From a virus (lineage: Duplodnaviria; Caudoviricetes): a DNA stretch of 43,386 nucleotides. Positions 7,804 through 16,284 of the stretch are shown here, one piece after another. Made by a program: the position numbers and the translations under genes. Location: the IMG/VR virus record IMGVR_UViG_3300047202_000076, positions 1 through 43,386 of that record. One strand, given 5' to 3'. Within the stretch, counting starts at the first letter, position 1. Every line of letters begins with the position of its first letter. The notes under the pieces are model-generated. The model did not search any database. It saw only the letters and a list, made by a program, of their open reading frames with translations, and was not told where the DNA came from.

Positions 7804-7936
7804 ATTCATACCCTCACTTTCAACCGGTTACCTCAATATTGCCTGACCTAACCTGCCACGTCTAAAGCAAGGCCACTGGCTTGCCCTACAAGGCACGATA
7901 AGCCCTGGGGGGCATACTAACTACCAACACCACCTC

Positions 7937-7970
7937 CCGATTTTATCGACTGACTGATTACACACGACGA
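7937..7970. repeat. 34-bp exact inverted copy of 19458-19491
   Basis: Reverse complement of tcgtcgtgtgtaatcagtcagtcgataaaatcgg in the tail tubular A gene. Confidence 0.95.
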
Positions 7971-8004
7971 CATATTTCACCTTCTTTCGTTTTTACCTCA
8001 CCTT

Positions 8005-8141
8005 AAAAAGCAGGCGCCCGCCGTAGATATAGCAGAGTCCTTTTTTGGTAAAGCAAGAAAGACGTGCAACGGCGAGCGGCCTGCTCTGTGTAGTTTGTAT
8101 CGGCAGCCATTTGATTGTAAGTTTAACTCTGCCATATCTAC
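8005..8141 (-). promoter_or_regulatory. A-B-A'-B'-U leader
   Basis: 8126-8141 pairs with 8023-8038; 8069-8085 pairs with 8009-8024; U-tract follows. Confidence 0.65.
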
Positions 8142-8145
8142 CTTA

Positions 8146-8173
8146 ATTATAGCATATCTACAGACACGGTCAA
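8146..8173 (-). promoter_or_regulatory. Leftward promoter
   Basis: TTGACC-16 bp-TATAAT. Confidence 0.65.
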
Positions 8174-8281
8174 GAAAAATCTGGACAAAATATCAGCAAA
8201 TCTTAACTATTTTAGCCAGCGTAATTAACGTTTGTATCGGTTGTAACGATTAAAAATCTTCAAAAATTCCTAAAAAGTAAC

Positions 8282-8309
8282 TTGACGCAACATAGAACCG
8301 CAGTAGAAT
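8282..8309 (+). promoter_or_regulatory. Rightward promoter (divergent pair)
   Basis: TTGACG-16 bp-TAGAAT. Confidence 0.55.
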
Positions 8310-8352
8310 GGCGATTATGTAGTTAATGTCAATCTTAATGCTGATAAATTGG

Positions 8353-8464
8353 ATGGATAATACGTTAGCATATCATTGCTTTAATCCCTTTGACCGACTT
8401 GGCAATTCTGCGAAGATTGTCTGCGCTCTAACGTGCGTATCCATAAGTCGGTCAGGGATTTTTT
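8353..8464 (+). promoter_or_regulatory. A-B-A'-B'-U leader of the replication gene
   Basis: 8353-8368 pairs with 8428-8444; 8383-8400 pairs with 8445-8460; T-tract follows. Confidence 0.65.
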
Positions 8465-8487
8465 ATTAAGGGGCGTGGCGGTGTATT

Positions 8488-9321
8488 ATGGCACGGATTC
8501 GCTATCTTAAACCTGATTTCTTCAAGGACGAGGACGTAGCCAAACTACCGTTTGAAACAAGATTATTCTTTCAAGGTCTGTGGGGATTAGCAGATAAAGC
8601 CGGACGGCTCGAAGATAGACCTCTTCGATTAAAGGCAGAGATTTTCCCTTATGATAAGGTAGATGTTGAAAAATGCCTTCAGCAACTTAATAAATCAAAG
8701 GACGGCTCAGGACAACCGTTTATTAACCGTTATACAACCGATAATCAACGTTATATCCAAATAGTAACTTGGGAAAAACACCAACGACCACACCACACCG
8801 AAAAAGAATCGACAATCCCCCCTGCACCATTGGATGTTGAATATAATTTTGGTCGAGACGAAAATCTCTTTTTTGGGAATGTTCCTGGTGTGTTGCCACA
8901 CCCACATGATTTGATTGAATTGGCCGGAAAACTTCAACCAAAAGAAAAAGGAACTATAATGGAGAAGGGAATGGAGAAGGGAATGGAGAAGGAGAAGGAA
9001 AACCAGCTCGAAGCGAGTAGGGAGTTAAGGAACGGTGAAGGAACGGTTAAACAACCGTTAAAGATACGTTATTTGGATTTTGTCCTTCTTTTTGAATCAG
9101 AATATAAGAAATTAGCTGACGACCTCACCGAACCGATAGTAAAGCAGCTTATTGAGGAGCTTAATGACGGCATCGGGAGTAAAGGGTATAAATACAAGTC
9201 TCATTATCATACTATACGTTCTTGGGCGAAGAGAAAGAACCTGAATAAGCAGGAGACCACCGAAGACAGGATTAAGCGTTTGCAAGAGAAAGGATATTTA
9301 GATGGAAACAAATCAAGCTGA
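8488..9321 (+). CDS. Phage replication initiator / replisome organiser
   Basis: MARIRYLKPDFFKDE...LFFQGLWGLADKAGRL N-domain; MEKG linker repeats; C-terminal KGYKYKSHYHTIRSW. Confidence 0.85.
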   Translation: MARIRYLKPDFFKDEDVAKLPFETRLFFQGLWGLADKAGRLEDRPLRLKAEIFPYDKVDVEKCLQQLNKSKDGSGQPFINRYTTDNQRYIQIVTWEKHQRPHHTEKESTIPPAPLDVEYNFGRDENLFFGNVPGVLPHPHDLIELAGKLQPKEKGTIMEKGMEKGMEKEKENQLEASRELRNGEGTVKQPLKIRYLDFVLLFESEYKKLADDLTEPIVKQLIEELNDGIGSKGYKYKSHYHTIRSWAKRKNLNKQETTEDRIKRLQEKGYLDGNKSS

Positions 9322-9787
9322 TAAGTTTATTGAAACTGAAATCAAAGGTCTTTATCAAGAATGGAAACCTCAAGATGCTGAAAGGTCTATTTTAATGAAT
9401 GCCTTGAAGTATTTGGATTATGGCCAAGCAAGAATGGCTTTGAATAATTGGTTCATTACCCAGACAAAAACCTTCAAAAACCCACCTATTTCTCAAATGA
9501 TACAACTTTTTAGGAAAATCTATCAGCGGAACCAAAAAAGACAATCGAATGAACCTGTGTTGCTTTATACGATTATAAGGGAACGATTTGTCAAAGAAGG
9601 CAAAACTGTAAACTGTTATAGTCAACGATTATATGCTAATGTTCCTGCAAATATACCATCAGACCCTTTAGTAATCGAAAATCAAGCAGAAAAACATCGA
9701 GAAAAAATGAATCAACTTTATGGTGAAAACTATATAATTCTTTATAAAAACACACAAAATTCCCTTGACAAAACAAAGGAAATATGA
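9302..9787 (+). CDS. Hypothetical protein (possible replication accessory)
   Basis: 161-aa ORF overlapping the initiator gene; function from position only. Confidence 0.7.
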   Translation: METNQADKFIETEIKGLYQEWKPQDAERSILMNALKYLDYGQARMALNNWFITQTKTFKNPPISQMIQLFRKIYQRNQKRQSNEPVLLYTIIRERFVKEGKTVNCYSQRLYANVPANIPSDPLVIENQAEKHREKMNQLYGENYIILYKNTQNSLDKTKEI

Positions 9788-9977
9788 TAAGTAAAATGTT
9801 GTATAATTGCTCAAAATCAAATACAAAATGTCAATATGCTGGCAATAAACGGTATAATTATGGTTTTATTTCTGGCGGCTCAGGAAAAGAATAATCAAAT
9901 AGCCCATCTTATTTTTTTGCAATTATTTATCAAAATAATACTTGACATACACTATCAATCAAACGTATATAAAAAAT

Positions 9978-10433
9978 ATGTCAAATAGATTATCTCCAGA
10001 AAAAGCCAAAGCAATCGCAGCAGAATATCTAACTAACGGCCTAAATAGAGAAAAAGCTCTATTAGCTGTGGGTTATAAACCTAAATATGCAGCTAAAGGC
10101 GGTTTGAAATTATGGCAGAATATGGTATTAACTGCCGAAATTGCAAGAATGCAAGCCAAAAGCGCGTTAAAAACCGATGTTACTGTTGAATTTATAGTAG
10201 ATAAACTCTTATCTGGTCTTGCTTTAGCTGAAAGCAGGAATAATGTTGTTGCAATAGCTCGTTTTTTAGAGCTACTTGGTCGATATAAAGCGATGTTTAC
10301 CGATAACGTCAATCAGAACGATATTGTGGCGCAGCGAGAGCTTGACGAGCGCGATGCCGCAGAAGCGGCGGAGTTCGCAAGGTGGCGATTAGCACAGAAG
10401 TTTAACCTGTTACCTGCGTCCAAAGTGGGCTGA
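9978..10433 (+). CDS. terS: Terminase small subunit
   Basis: N-terminal HTH (NREKALLAVGY), ARFLELLGRYKAMFTD; probable start ATG 9978 just after a TTGACA promoter at 9942. Confidence 0.8.
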   Translation: MSNRLSPEKAKAIAAEYLTNGLNREKALLAVGYKPKYAAKGGLKLWQNMVLTAEIARMQAKSALKTDVTVEFIVDKLLSGLALAESRNNVVAIARFLELLGRYKAMFTDNVNQNDIVAQRELDERDAAEAAEFARWRLAQKFNLLPASKVG

Positions 10434-10445
10434 AAGCGGGATGAA

Positions 10446-10571
10446 ATGATTAAACGATTGATATGTCGATTATTAGGCCATAAATGGATATATTTAATAG
10501 ATGATTACTACGAAGTGCATATGCAACGTTGCAAAAGATGTGGTATGTACTTAGTAATAAACGACTTATAA
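10446..10571 (+). CDS. DUF1660-like small zinc-binding protein (41 aa)
   Basis: MIKRLICRLLGHKW...CKRCG. Confidence 0.7.
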   Translation: MIKRLICRLLGHKWIYLIDDYYEVHMQRCKRCGMYLVINDL

Positions 10572-10827
10572 TATAATAGTCCCAGAATAAAGGTTATGTT
10601 TCATTCGATTAGAGTTACGATAAATCAAAACCCTGTCCAAGCATACCTTAAGCCATACTTCGTCAATCCTGATGCATTGTGGAGCGTTTAGATGACCTTT
10701 GGAATGGCTTTACGAAAAGATGAGACCCCCCATTACCCCCCAAGCAGGCGGTGGCTTCATTTTTCATTACTTACCGCTAATTATAATTTAATTTCAATGA
10801 TGTTAAAATAGGGGTTTTGTAAAGGAA

Positions 10828-11061
10828 TTGATTATGACTTTACAAGAATTTTGTGATAAATACAAAATAGTGGTGGCTGATGCGGATATTCCTAATTTTG
10901 AGGCAATTAAATGTAAATATGGTGTTTCTATTGTGATGGAAAAGGGCAGGACTATTCTTAAGGATGCAGTATTTGGAATTCTTCGTGCTTTTTTGAATCA
11001 GTCCCGCCTAATGAAAGAGGATTTTGAAAAGATAGATTTCAAAACTGCGTTGAAAGAGTAA
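10828..11061 (+). CDS. Hypothetical protein
   Basis: ORF with AAGGA RBS, directly upstream of terL. Confidence 0.65.
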   Translation: MIMTLQEFCDKYKIVVADADIPNFEAIKCKYGVSIVMEKGRTILKDAVFGILRAFLNQSRLMKEDFEKIDFKTALKE

Positions 11062-11063
11062 AT

Positions 11064-12713
11064 ATGGTATCAGTTGTCGAAAAGAGTGATTGTGCATATT
11101 GGGCTAATTTTCACAAGATAAAGTTGCAGGGGGGTATATTTTCATTAGAGGGACGGGAGTATTTATACGAGCCGATGGAGAGCAGGTCGAGGCGAGTGTG
11201 TGCGATGAAGGCGACTGGTATGGGTTGGAGTGAGTGTTTAGGGATATTGCCTTCGATACACGGGATGATATTTGGTCGGTATCCGCAGGGTGTTTTGTAT
11301 ATGTTTCCCACGAATGATGACGTTCAGGATTTTAGTAAGAGCAGGTTTAACCCATTGATTTCAGCGAATCGGTTAGCGATAGGGAAGTATGTTAAGAGTG
11401 GGGGTATGGGAACTGACACGGCGGCTTTGAAGAAGGTGGGTAGTGCCTTTCTTTATTTGCGGGGTGCGAGGTTAAATCCTTCTGACGAGGGTACGGGAGC
11501 GAAGTTTTCTACTAAGCTGACGGGTATTCAGGTTGACAGGATAGTGCCTGACGAGATAGACCAGATGGACAGTGAGGCGATAGCGAAGGCGAGGGGTCGG
11601 ATGGGCAACGCCTGTGTGGACGGGGTGAAGGGCAGGAGTGAGGAGAGGTACATAGCCAATCCTTCTGACGAGGACAGGGGGATAGATTTATACTGGCAGC
11701 TGAGTGACCAGAGGGAATGGTTTGTAAAGTGTGTTTGTGGCGCTTTTACCTGTGCCTTGCACGAATTTATGAGTAATCCCGAAAAGTGCGTGGGATTTTA
11801 TCCTGATGGCAAAGGTTATATTCGATGTAGTAAGTGTGAGAAGCCGCTCGGCAACGCCCCTGGCCAGTGGGTTATAGGTAAGCCATCGGTTACTGATTTG
11901 GACGGTTATCAGGGCAATCATTTGAACAGTATTTATCACGACCCCGCCCGGATTTTGAGGGACTTTACGAACCCGCCGGAGAATAATTTAGGGGACGTTT
12001 TTAGGTTGGATTTAGGGCTTCCGTATTCTTCTGCCGAAGACAAATTACAGAAAGATATTGTACTTCGGTGTTGCGGTCAGGACATAATGCCGGAAAGGCA
12101 TGAAGGGCCTTGCGCTATGGGTGTTGACGTCAAGGGCGTCAAGCACGTTGTTATAGGGACGAGGACGGGCAACGACAGGTACGAGATAGTCAAGGTGGCC
12201 GAAGTGCAGAGTTTCGGCGACGTTCACGATTTGGGGAGAAGGTATAACGTTAAGAGTGCCGTTGTGGACATTAGACCTTACGAGGATGAGGCGAGGCAGT
12301 TCCAGAAATCGGAAGGGTACAAAGTATTTTTATGTGAGTACACGGAAAGTCCTTTACAGGAGGCGAATTTCAACGACAATACGGGCGTGGTCAAGGCGTA
12401 CCGGACTGGCATATTCGACGCCACGCACAGGATTATCACCAACGGCCAGGTACGATTGCCGAGACGGTGCAAGGCGGTTGAAGATTTCGCTGCCGGATGT
12501 TGCAAGTGCGTGAAGTCGAAGGAAGTGAACAAGAAGACCGGCCAGGTAGTTTTTCATTACCGCAAGACCGGAGACCAGCAGGATGATTACAGAAACGCGT
12601 TGAATTATTTTGTCCTTGCCGCTTCAGGGCATAGAATAGGAACGGTAAAAAGGAATTTTGGTTCGAGTAATGAACCGCAGTTTGTAATAAATGATAATAC
12701 TCGTTACATTTAA
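11064..12713 (+). CDS. terL: Terminase large subunit (GpA-like)
   Basis: MKATGMGWSE Walker A variant, VPDEID Walker B, Cys zinc region, nuclease MGVDV and DDYRNALNY. Confidence 0.9.
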   Translation: MVSVVEKSDCAYWANFHKIKLQGGIFSLEGREYLYEPMESRSRRVCAMKATGMGWSECLGILPSIHGMIFGRYPQGVLYMFPTNDDVQDFSKSRFNPLISANRLAIGKYVKSGGMGTDTAALKKVGSAFLYLRGARLNPSDEGTGAKFSTKLTGIQVDRIVPDEIDQMDSEAIAKARGRMGNACVDGVKGRSEERYIANPSDEDRGIDLYWQLSDQREWFVKCVCGAFTCALHEFMSNPEKCVGFYPDGKGYIRCSKCEKPLGNAPGQWVIGKPSVTDLDGYQGNHLNSIYHDPARILRDFTNPPENNLGDVFRLDLGLPYSSAEDKLQKDIVLRCCGQDIMPERHEGPCAMGVDVKGVKHVVIGTRTGNDRYEIVKVAEVQSFGDVHDLGRRYNVKSAVVDIRPYEDEARQFQKSEGYKVFLCEYTESPLQEANFNDNTGVVKAYRTGIFDATHRIITNGQVRLPRRCKAVEDFAAGCCKCVKSKEVNKKTGQVVFHYRKTGDQQDDYRNALNYFVLAASGHRIGTVKRNFGSSNEPQFVINDNTRYI

Positions 12714-12727
12714 CCGAAGGGATTAAA

Positions 12728-12928
12728 ATGTTTGGACTAACAACCAGGTATTTCAAACCACCTAAAGTAAAAACACCACCGCTCCCGCCGCCTGCGGCGA
12801 TACTGGATGTAGGCGAGGAGACCGGCGAGCAGGCGATGAAAAGGGCAAGACGCAGAAGCGGGTTTGGAAGTACGTTGATGACTGGAGCATTGACCCCGAA
12901 AACCGGAAAACGCACAACTTTAGGATAA
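12728..12928 (+). CDS. Small Pro-rich protein preceding the portal
   Basis: PPLPPP...RRSGFGSTLMTG...KRTTLG, typical of this position in podoviruses. Confidence 0.8.
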   Translation: MFGLTTRYFKPPKVKTPPLPPPAAILDVGEETGEQAMKRARRRSGFGSTLMTGALTPKTGKRTTLG

Positions 12929-12931
12929 TTT

Positions 12932-14581
12932 ATGCCTGACGAAAAAGCTGAAATGATTATTCGGGAAGCTGAGGCGGAAAAAAGCAAGGCCGCCAATTTT
13001 ATGAACCTCTATCAGCAGTTCGCCGATTTGGGTTATCCTGTCGAAAATCAAATCACTACAAAAAGGACGCCTGGCGAGGATAAATCTCTCGAAATAAGAG
13101 ACCCGACCGCTATATTCGCCCTCGACAAGGCCACGTCTAATTTTATCAGGGCATGGATTCCGAGAGAGAAATTTTTCTTTAACATAAAACTTCAAAACCC
13201 GCAAAGAAATACTTACGATGCGAAACAATGGTGCGCACGGGCAGTTGAATTGGCTCACGATTATCTTTTCGCAAGCAATTATACAATGCAGCTTCACAAT
13301 ACAATCAAAGCTGCTCTTGGTTTCGGGACGGGCAATTCATACTCCGAATGGTCTGACAAAAAGATGAAACTGATTTTTCGGGACTGGCACGTTTCGTCTT
13401 ATACCTTTAAGCAGGACGAGGAAGGCATGGTCGATACCATGATTTTGCAGTATGACCGTACCGCCCGCCAGCTTGTCGATAAATACAACGACCCTGGCGA
13501 TGAGGTTGTCAAGGCCGCCGAAGAGCTTAAAACCGAAAGTAACCTGTTCCCGATTATTCATTTTGTCAGGCCGAGATATAGGAAGACCTTCAAGTTAATC
13601 AGCAAGCTCAATATGCCTTTCGAGAGCGTTTTCGTGAACGTCAAAGAAAAGAAAATTATGAAGGAAGGCGGGTACGAGGAGTTTCCGTTTGCCGTGCCGA
13701 GATGGGAGCAGGCGTCTTGTGAAAAGTGGGGCAGGGGCCGGGGAACTGCAATGCTGTCATTTATAAAAGAATTACAACAGATGGCTAAAGACTATATGGA
13801 ATTATGTAATAGGTTGGCCGGACATTCTCCGATTGAGGTTGTTAAAAATAACGTTGAGGGTGAAGTTAATATGAAGCCGGATGGCAGGACGGATGTTTAC
13901 GAAAAAGGTTCGATAAATCCTATACATCCTGCAATACAAGGCAATTATCCCGTTACGGTTGAGGCGTTACAGGAAAAAAGGAAAATTATAGAAAAAGGAT
14001 TTTACGTCGACGTGTTCTCGCAATTTGGCCAGCTCAAAGGCGACAGGCGGACAACCACCGAAATAGAGTTACGATACGAAGAAAGTTTGGGTGACCTTAT
14101 GTCGCCGGTGTCGAGATTGGAAAATGAAGATTTCACGCCGCAATTAACGAGGGTAATAAATATCCTTATTCGCAAGGGTAAAATTCCCGCCCCGCCTTCG
14201 GAGCTTCGAGGTCAGAATTACGGATTAGAATATATGGGCAAGTTTGCTATGGCCATGCGAGATATGCAGGCGAGAGGATTCGAGAGAGGAATGACGCTTA
14301 TTGGCAATATGTCAGCCATGTTCCCAGAGGTCGGGGACGAAATCAATCTTGGCAGGACTATACCGGACATTCTCGTCAATTATGGTATGAAGGTCGAGCA
14401 TCTCAACACGCCCGAAGAAAAAGTGGCCATTCGTCAGCAACGTGAGCAAGAACGGCAACAGCAGAAGTTGGCTATGATGGCCCAGGTGGCAGGCAAGACG
14501 TATTCCGATACGTCAAAGAAAGCGGACGAAGGCAGTCCTGCTGCCGAATTACAGGGTGCATTAGTGGGAGCGGGAACGTAA
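12932..14581 (+). CDS. Portal (head-to-tail connector), T7/Bbp21-like
   Basis: EGGYEEFPFAVPRW...EKWGRG, RTTTEI, YGLEYMG motifs; 549 aa. Confidence 0.92.
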   Translation: MPDEKAEMIIREAEAEKSKAANFMNLYQQFADLGYPVENQITTKRTPGEDKSLEIRDPTAIFALDKATSNFIRAWIPREKFFFNIKLQNPQRNTYDAKQWCARAVELAHDYLFASNYTMQLHNTIKAALGFGTGNSYSEWSDKKMKLIFRDWHVSSYTFKQDEEGMVDTMILQYDRTARQLVDKYNDPGDEVVKAAEELKTESNLFPIIHFVRPRYRKTFKLISKLNMPFESVFVNVKEKKIMKEGGYEEFPFAVPRWEQASCEKWGRGRGTAMLSFIKELQQMAKDYMELCNRLAGHSPIEVVKNNVEGEVNMKPDGRTDVYEKGSINPIHPAIQGNYPVTVEALQEKRKIIEKGFYVDVFSQFGQLKGDRRTTTEIELRYEESLGDLMSPVSRLENEDFTPQLTRVINILIRKGKIPAPPSELRGQNYGLEYMGKFAMAMRDMQARGFERGMTLIGNMSAMFPEVGDEINLGRTIPDILVNYGMKVEHLNTPEEKVAIRQQREQERQQQKLAMMAQVAGKTYSDTSKKADEGSPAAELQGALVGAGT

Positions 14582-14812
14582 ATGATTGATATAAGATGTG
14601 AAACCTGTGATTGCTGGAATCGTATAAATAACACCGATAATGGTTCTTGCCACAGATACCCGCCAATACCGTACCCGATACCGATACAGGGGCCCCGATT
14701 AGTCGGGTCGTCCGCCCCGCAAATCGGGCAGGTATGCCTGTTCCCGATGGTCGGAAAAAATATGGTATGCGAAGAATGGCGTTGTAACGATGGCAACGAT
14801 AAAGAGGTTTAA
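14582..14812 (+). CDS. Small Cys-rich protein
   Basis: CETC...GSCHRYPP...FP...CEEW. Confidence 0.75.
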   Translation: MIDIRCETCDCWNRINNTDNGSCHRYPPIPYPIPIQGPRLVGSSAPQIGQVCLFPMVGKNMVCEEWRCNDGNDKEV

Positions 14813-14814
14813 TT

Positions 14815-14988
14815 ATGCCATTAAAAGCAGGTTCATCACAGAAAACAATATCGTCTAATATATCGGAATTAGTTAATGCAGGTTATCCTGATGGGCACGG
14901 ACAGGCGGGAGCAATTGCTTTTTCACAGGCAAGAAAATCGGGTGCATTAAAACGCCGAACTAAACTACGGCGAAGGAAACATAAATGA
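14815..14988 (+). CDS. Conserved small basic phage protein (57 aa)
   Basis: [25 protein letters not shown]...[11 protein letters not shown]; below the ORF-track cutoff. Confidence 0.8.
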   Translation: MPLKAGSSQKTISSNISELVNAGYPDGHGQAGAIAFSQARKSGALKRRTKLRRRKHK

Positions 14989-15143
14989 TAGAAAAATTAA
15001 AATTTAAAGACATAATTAAAGTGCCGGGTAAGGTTCTTGTTGGCAATGATAAGAAAAAAGGAGATTTTTCCTGTAAAGCACAAGAGAAAATAATTATTGA
15101 TAAAATCAATGAAATTATCGAAAAGTTAAATAAGGAGCAATAA
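14985..15143 (+). CDS. Hypothetical protein (52 aa)
   Basis: ATGA overlap; MIEKLKF...[11 protein letters not shown]. Confidence 0.65.
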   Translation: MIEKLKFKDIIKVPGKVLVGNDKKKGDFSCKAQEKIIIDKINEIIEKLNKEQ

Positions 15144-15144
15144 A

Positions 15145-15423
15145 ATGGCATTACCTACACGGGAAGAAATAACCGAATTCAATCGGCGCGGCGGCAGCAA
15201 AACGGCGGAAGGCAGGGCGTATCAGCGTAGTTGGATGGCTGGAAAAGATAAAACTCCTGCTGTTCCGCCGAAAAAGAAAAAGAAATCTGCTCTTAAAAGA
15301 CTGGCGGCGCGGATGAGAAGAATGGGGGAAGGAGAGACCGTTAGGACTAAAGACGTTTCAGGCGGGTTAGAAAGAGCCGGTTTGAATGAGAAAGAAATCC
15401 AGAGGTTAAAAACAGGAAGATGA
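15145..15423 (+). CDS. Small basic hypothetical protein
   Basis: AAGGAG RBS, 92 aa. Confidence 0.75.
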   Translation: MALPTREEITEFNRRGGSKTAEGRAYQRSWMAGKDKTPAVPPKKKKKSALKRLAARMRRMGEGETVRTKDVSGGLERAGLNEKEIQRLKTGR

Positions 15424-15683
15424 CGGAAGAAGAAATACAGTTAGTCAACGCTTACCGGAATTGCTTTACGGCTGATGCGGGCAAAATAGTTTTGTCTGAT
15501 TTGAGAAAGATTTTTAAATTTGATTTATCGGTAATTCCGATAGGCGAAGATTCTCATATAGACGTAAATAGGTTGATTCGCAATGAAGGACAAAGGTCTG
15601 TGTTAATTCATATATTGACACAAATGGCAAAAGATTTGAATAAACCCGTTCCCGAACCAGTTAAAGATGAAAATTATATATGA
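15420..15683 (+). CDS. Bbp19-like conserved podovirus protein
   Basis: F...GKIVLSDL...NEGQRSVLIHI motif between portal and scaffold. Confidence 0.85.
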   Translation: MTEEEIQLVNAYRNCFTADAGKIVLSDLRKIFKFDLSVIPIGEDSHIDVNRLIRNEGQRSVLIHILTQMAKDLNKPVPEPVKDENYI

Positions 15684-15719
15684 CCTTACCAGTTAAAGAT
15701 GAAAATTATATATGACCTT
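15656..15719. repeat. Perfect 32-bp tandem duplication
   Basis: accagttaaagatgaaaattatatatgacctt twice. Confidence 0.95.
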
Positions 15720-16183
15720 TAGGAAGTTTTTTATGACACTTGCGACATACGGGTATAACATCAAGAGGTTTGGAATAGTCAGGATGAGGTGTTGGTAGTA
15801 GTTTTCGGCACAAAGCACAGATGATAATCATTTGCTTGTTGTTGGCAATAATTGCATTTAAGTTGTTTTGGAAAGGACAACCCCTTGTCCCTAATGGCAT
15901 TATTGATAATTCGGTGTGCTTTTTTAATGAGTGGATTAAGTTTTGCATATTTTTTATTTGCTCGCCTAATTGCCAATTTACCATTTTCAGTTTTGCTGTA
16001 TTGTTTGTATCTGTTGATTATTTTTTTGGTATGAGTGAGATAGTATTTATGTTGGCTAATACTTACGCAAAGTTTGCATATATACTGACAACCATCTTTT
16101 GCGCTTCGGTTTTTATGAAAATACATCAATGGTTTAGTTTGCTTGCAATGAGGACATCTTTTCGATATGATTTTATCAGGCAT
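15706..16183 (-). pseudogene. HNH-type endonuclease gene frameshifted by a 34-nt insertion
   Basis: KRCPHCKQTKP...FHKNRSAKDG..CKLC N-terminus; deleting 15787-15820 restores CNYC...DYHHPDYSKPLDVIPVCRKCH. Confidence 0.85.
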
Positions 16184-16284
16184 TTTCGTTCCTTTCAACG
16201 AAACTGTTTAGAGCCATTCACCCCGACTGTCGGGGTGCGTGGCTCATCTTATATTAAAACTATCAATTAGTAAAGGAGTAAATT

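Noticed and set aside
7763-7975. Mini CRISPR array
   Set aside because: Spacer-like pieces are present but there is no conserved repeat or regular spacing, and no cas genes.
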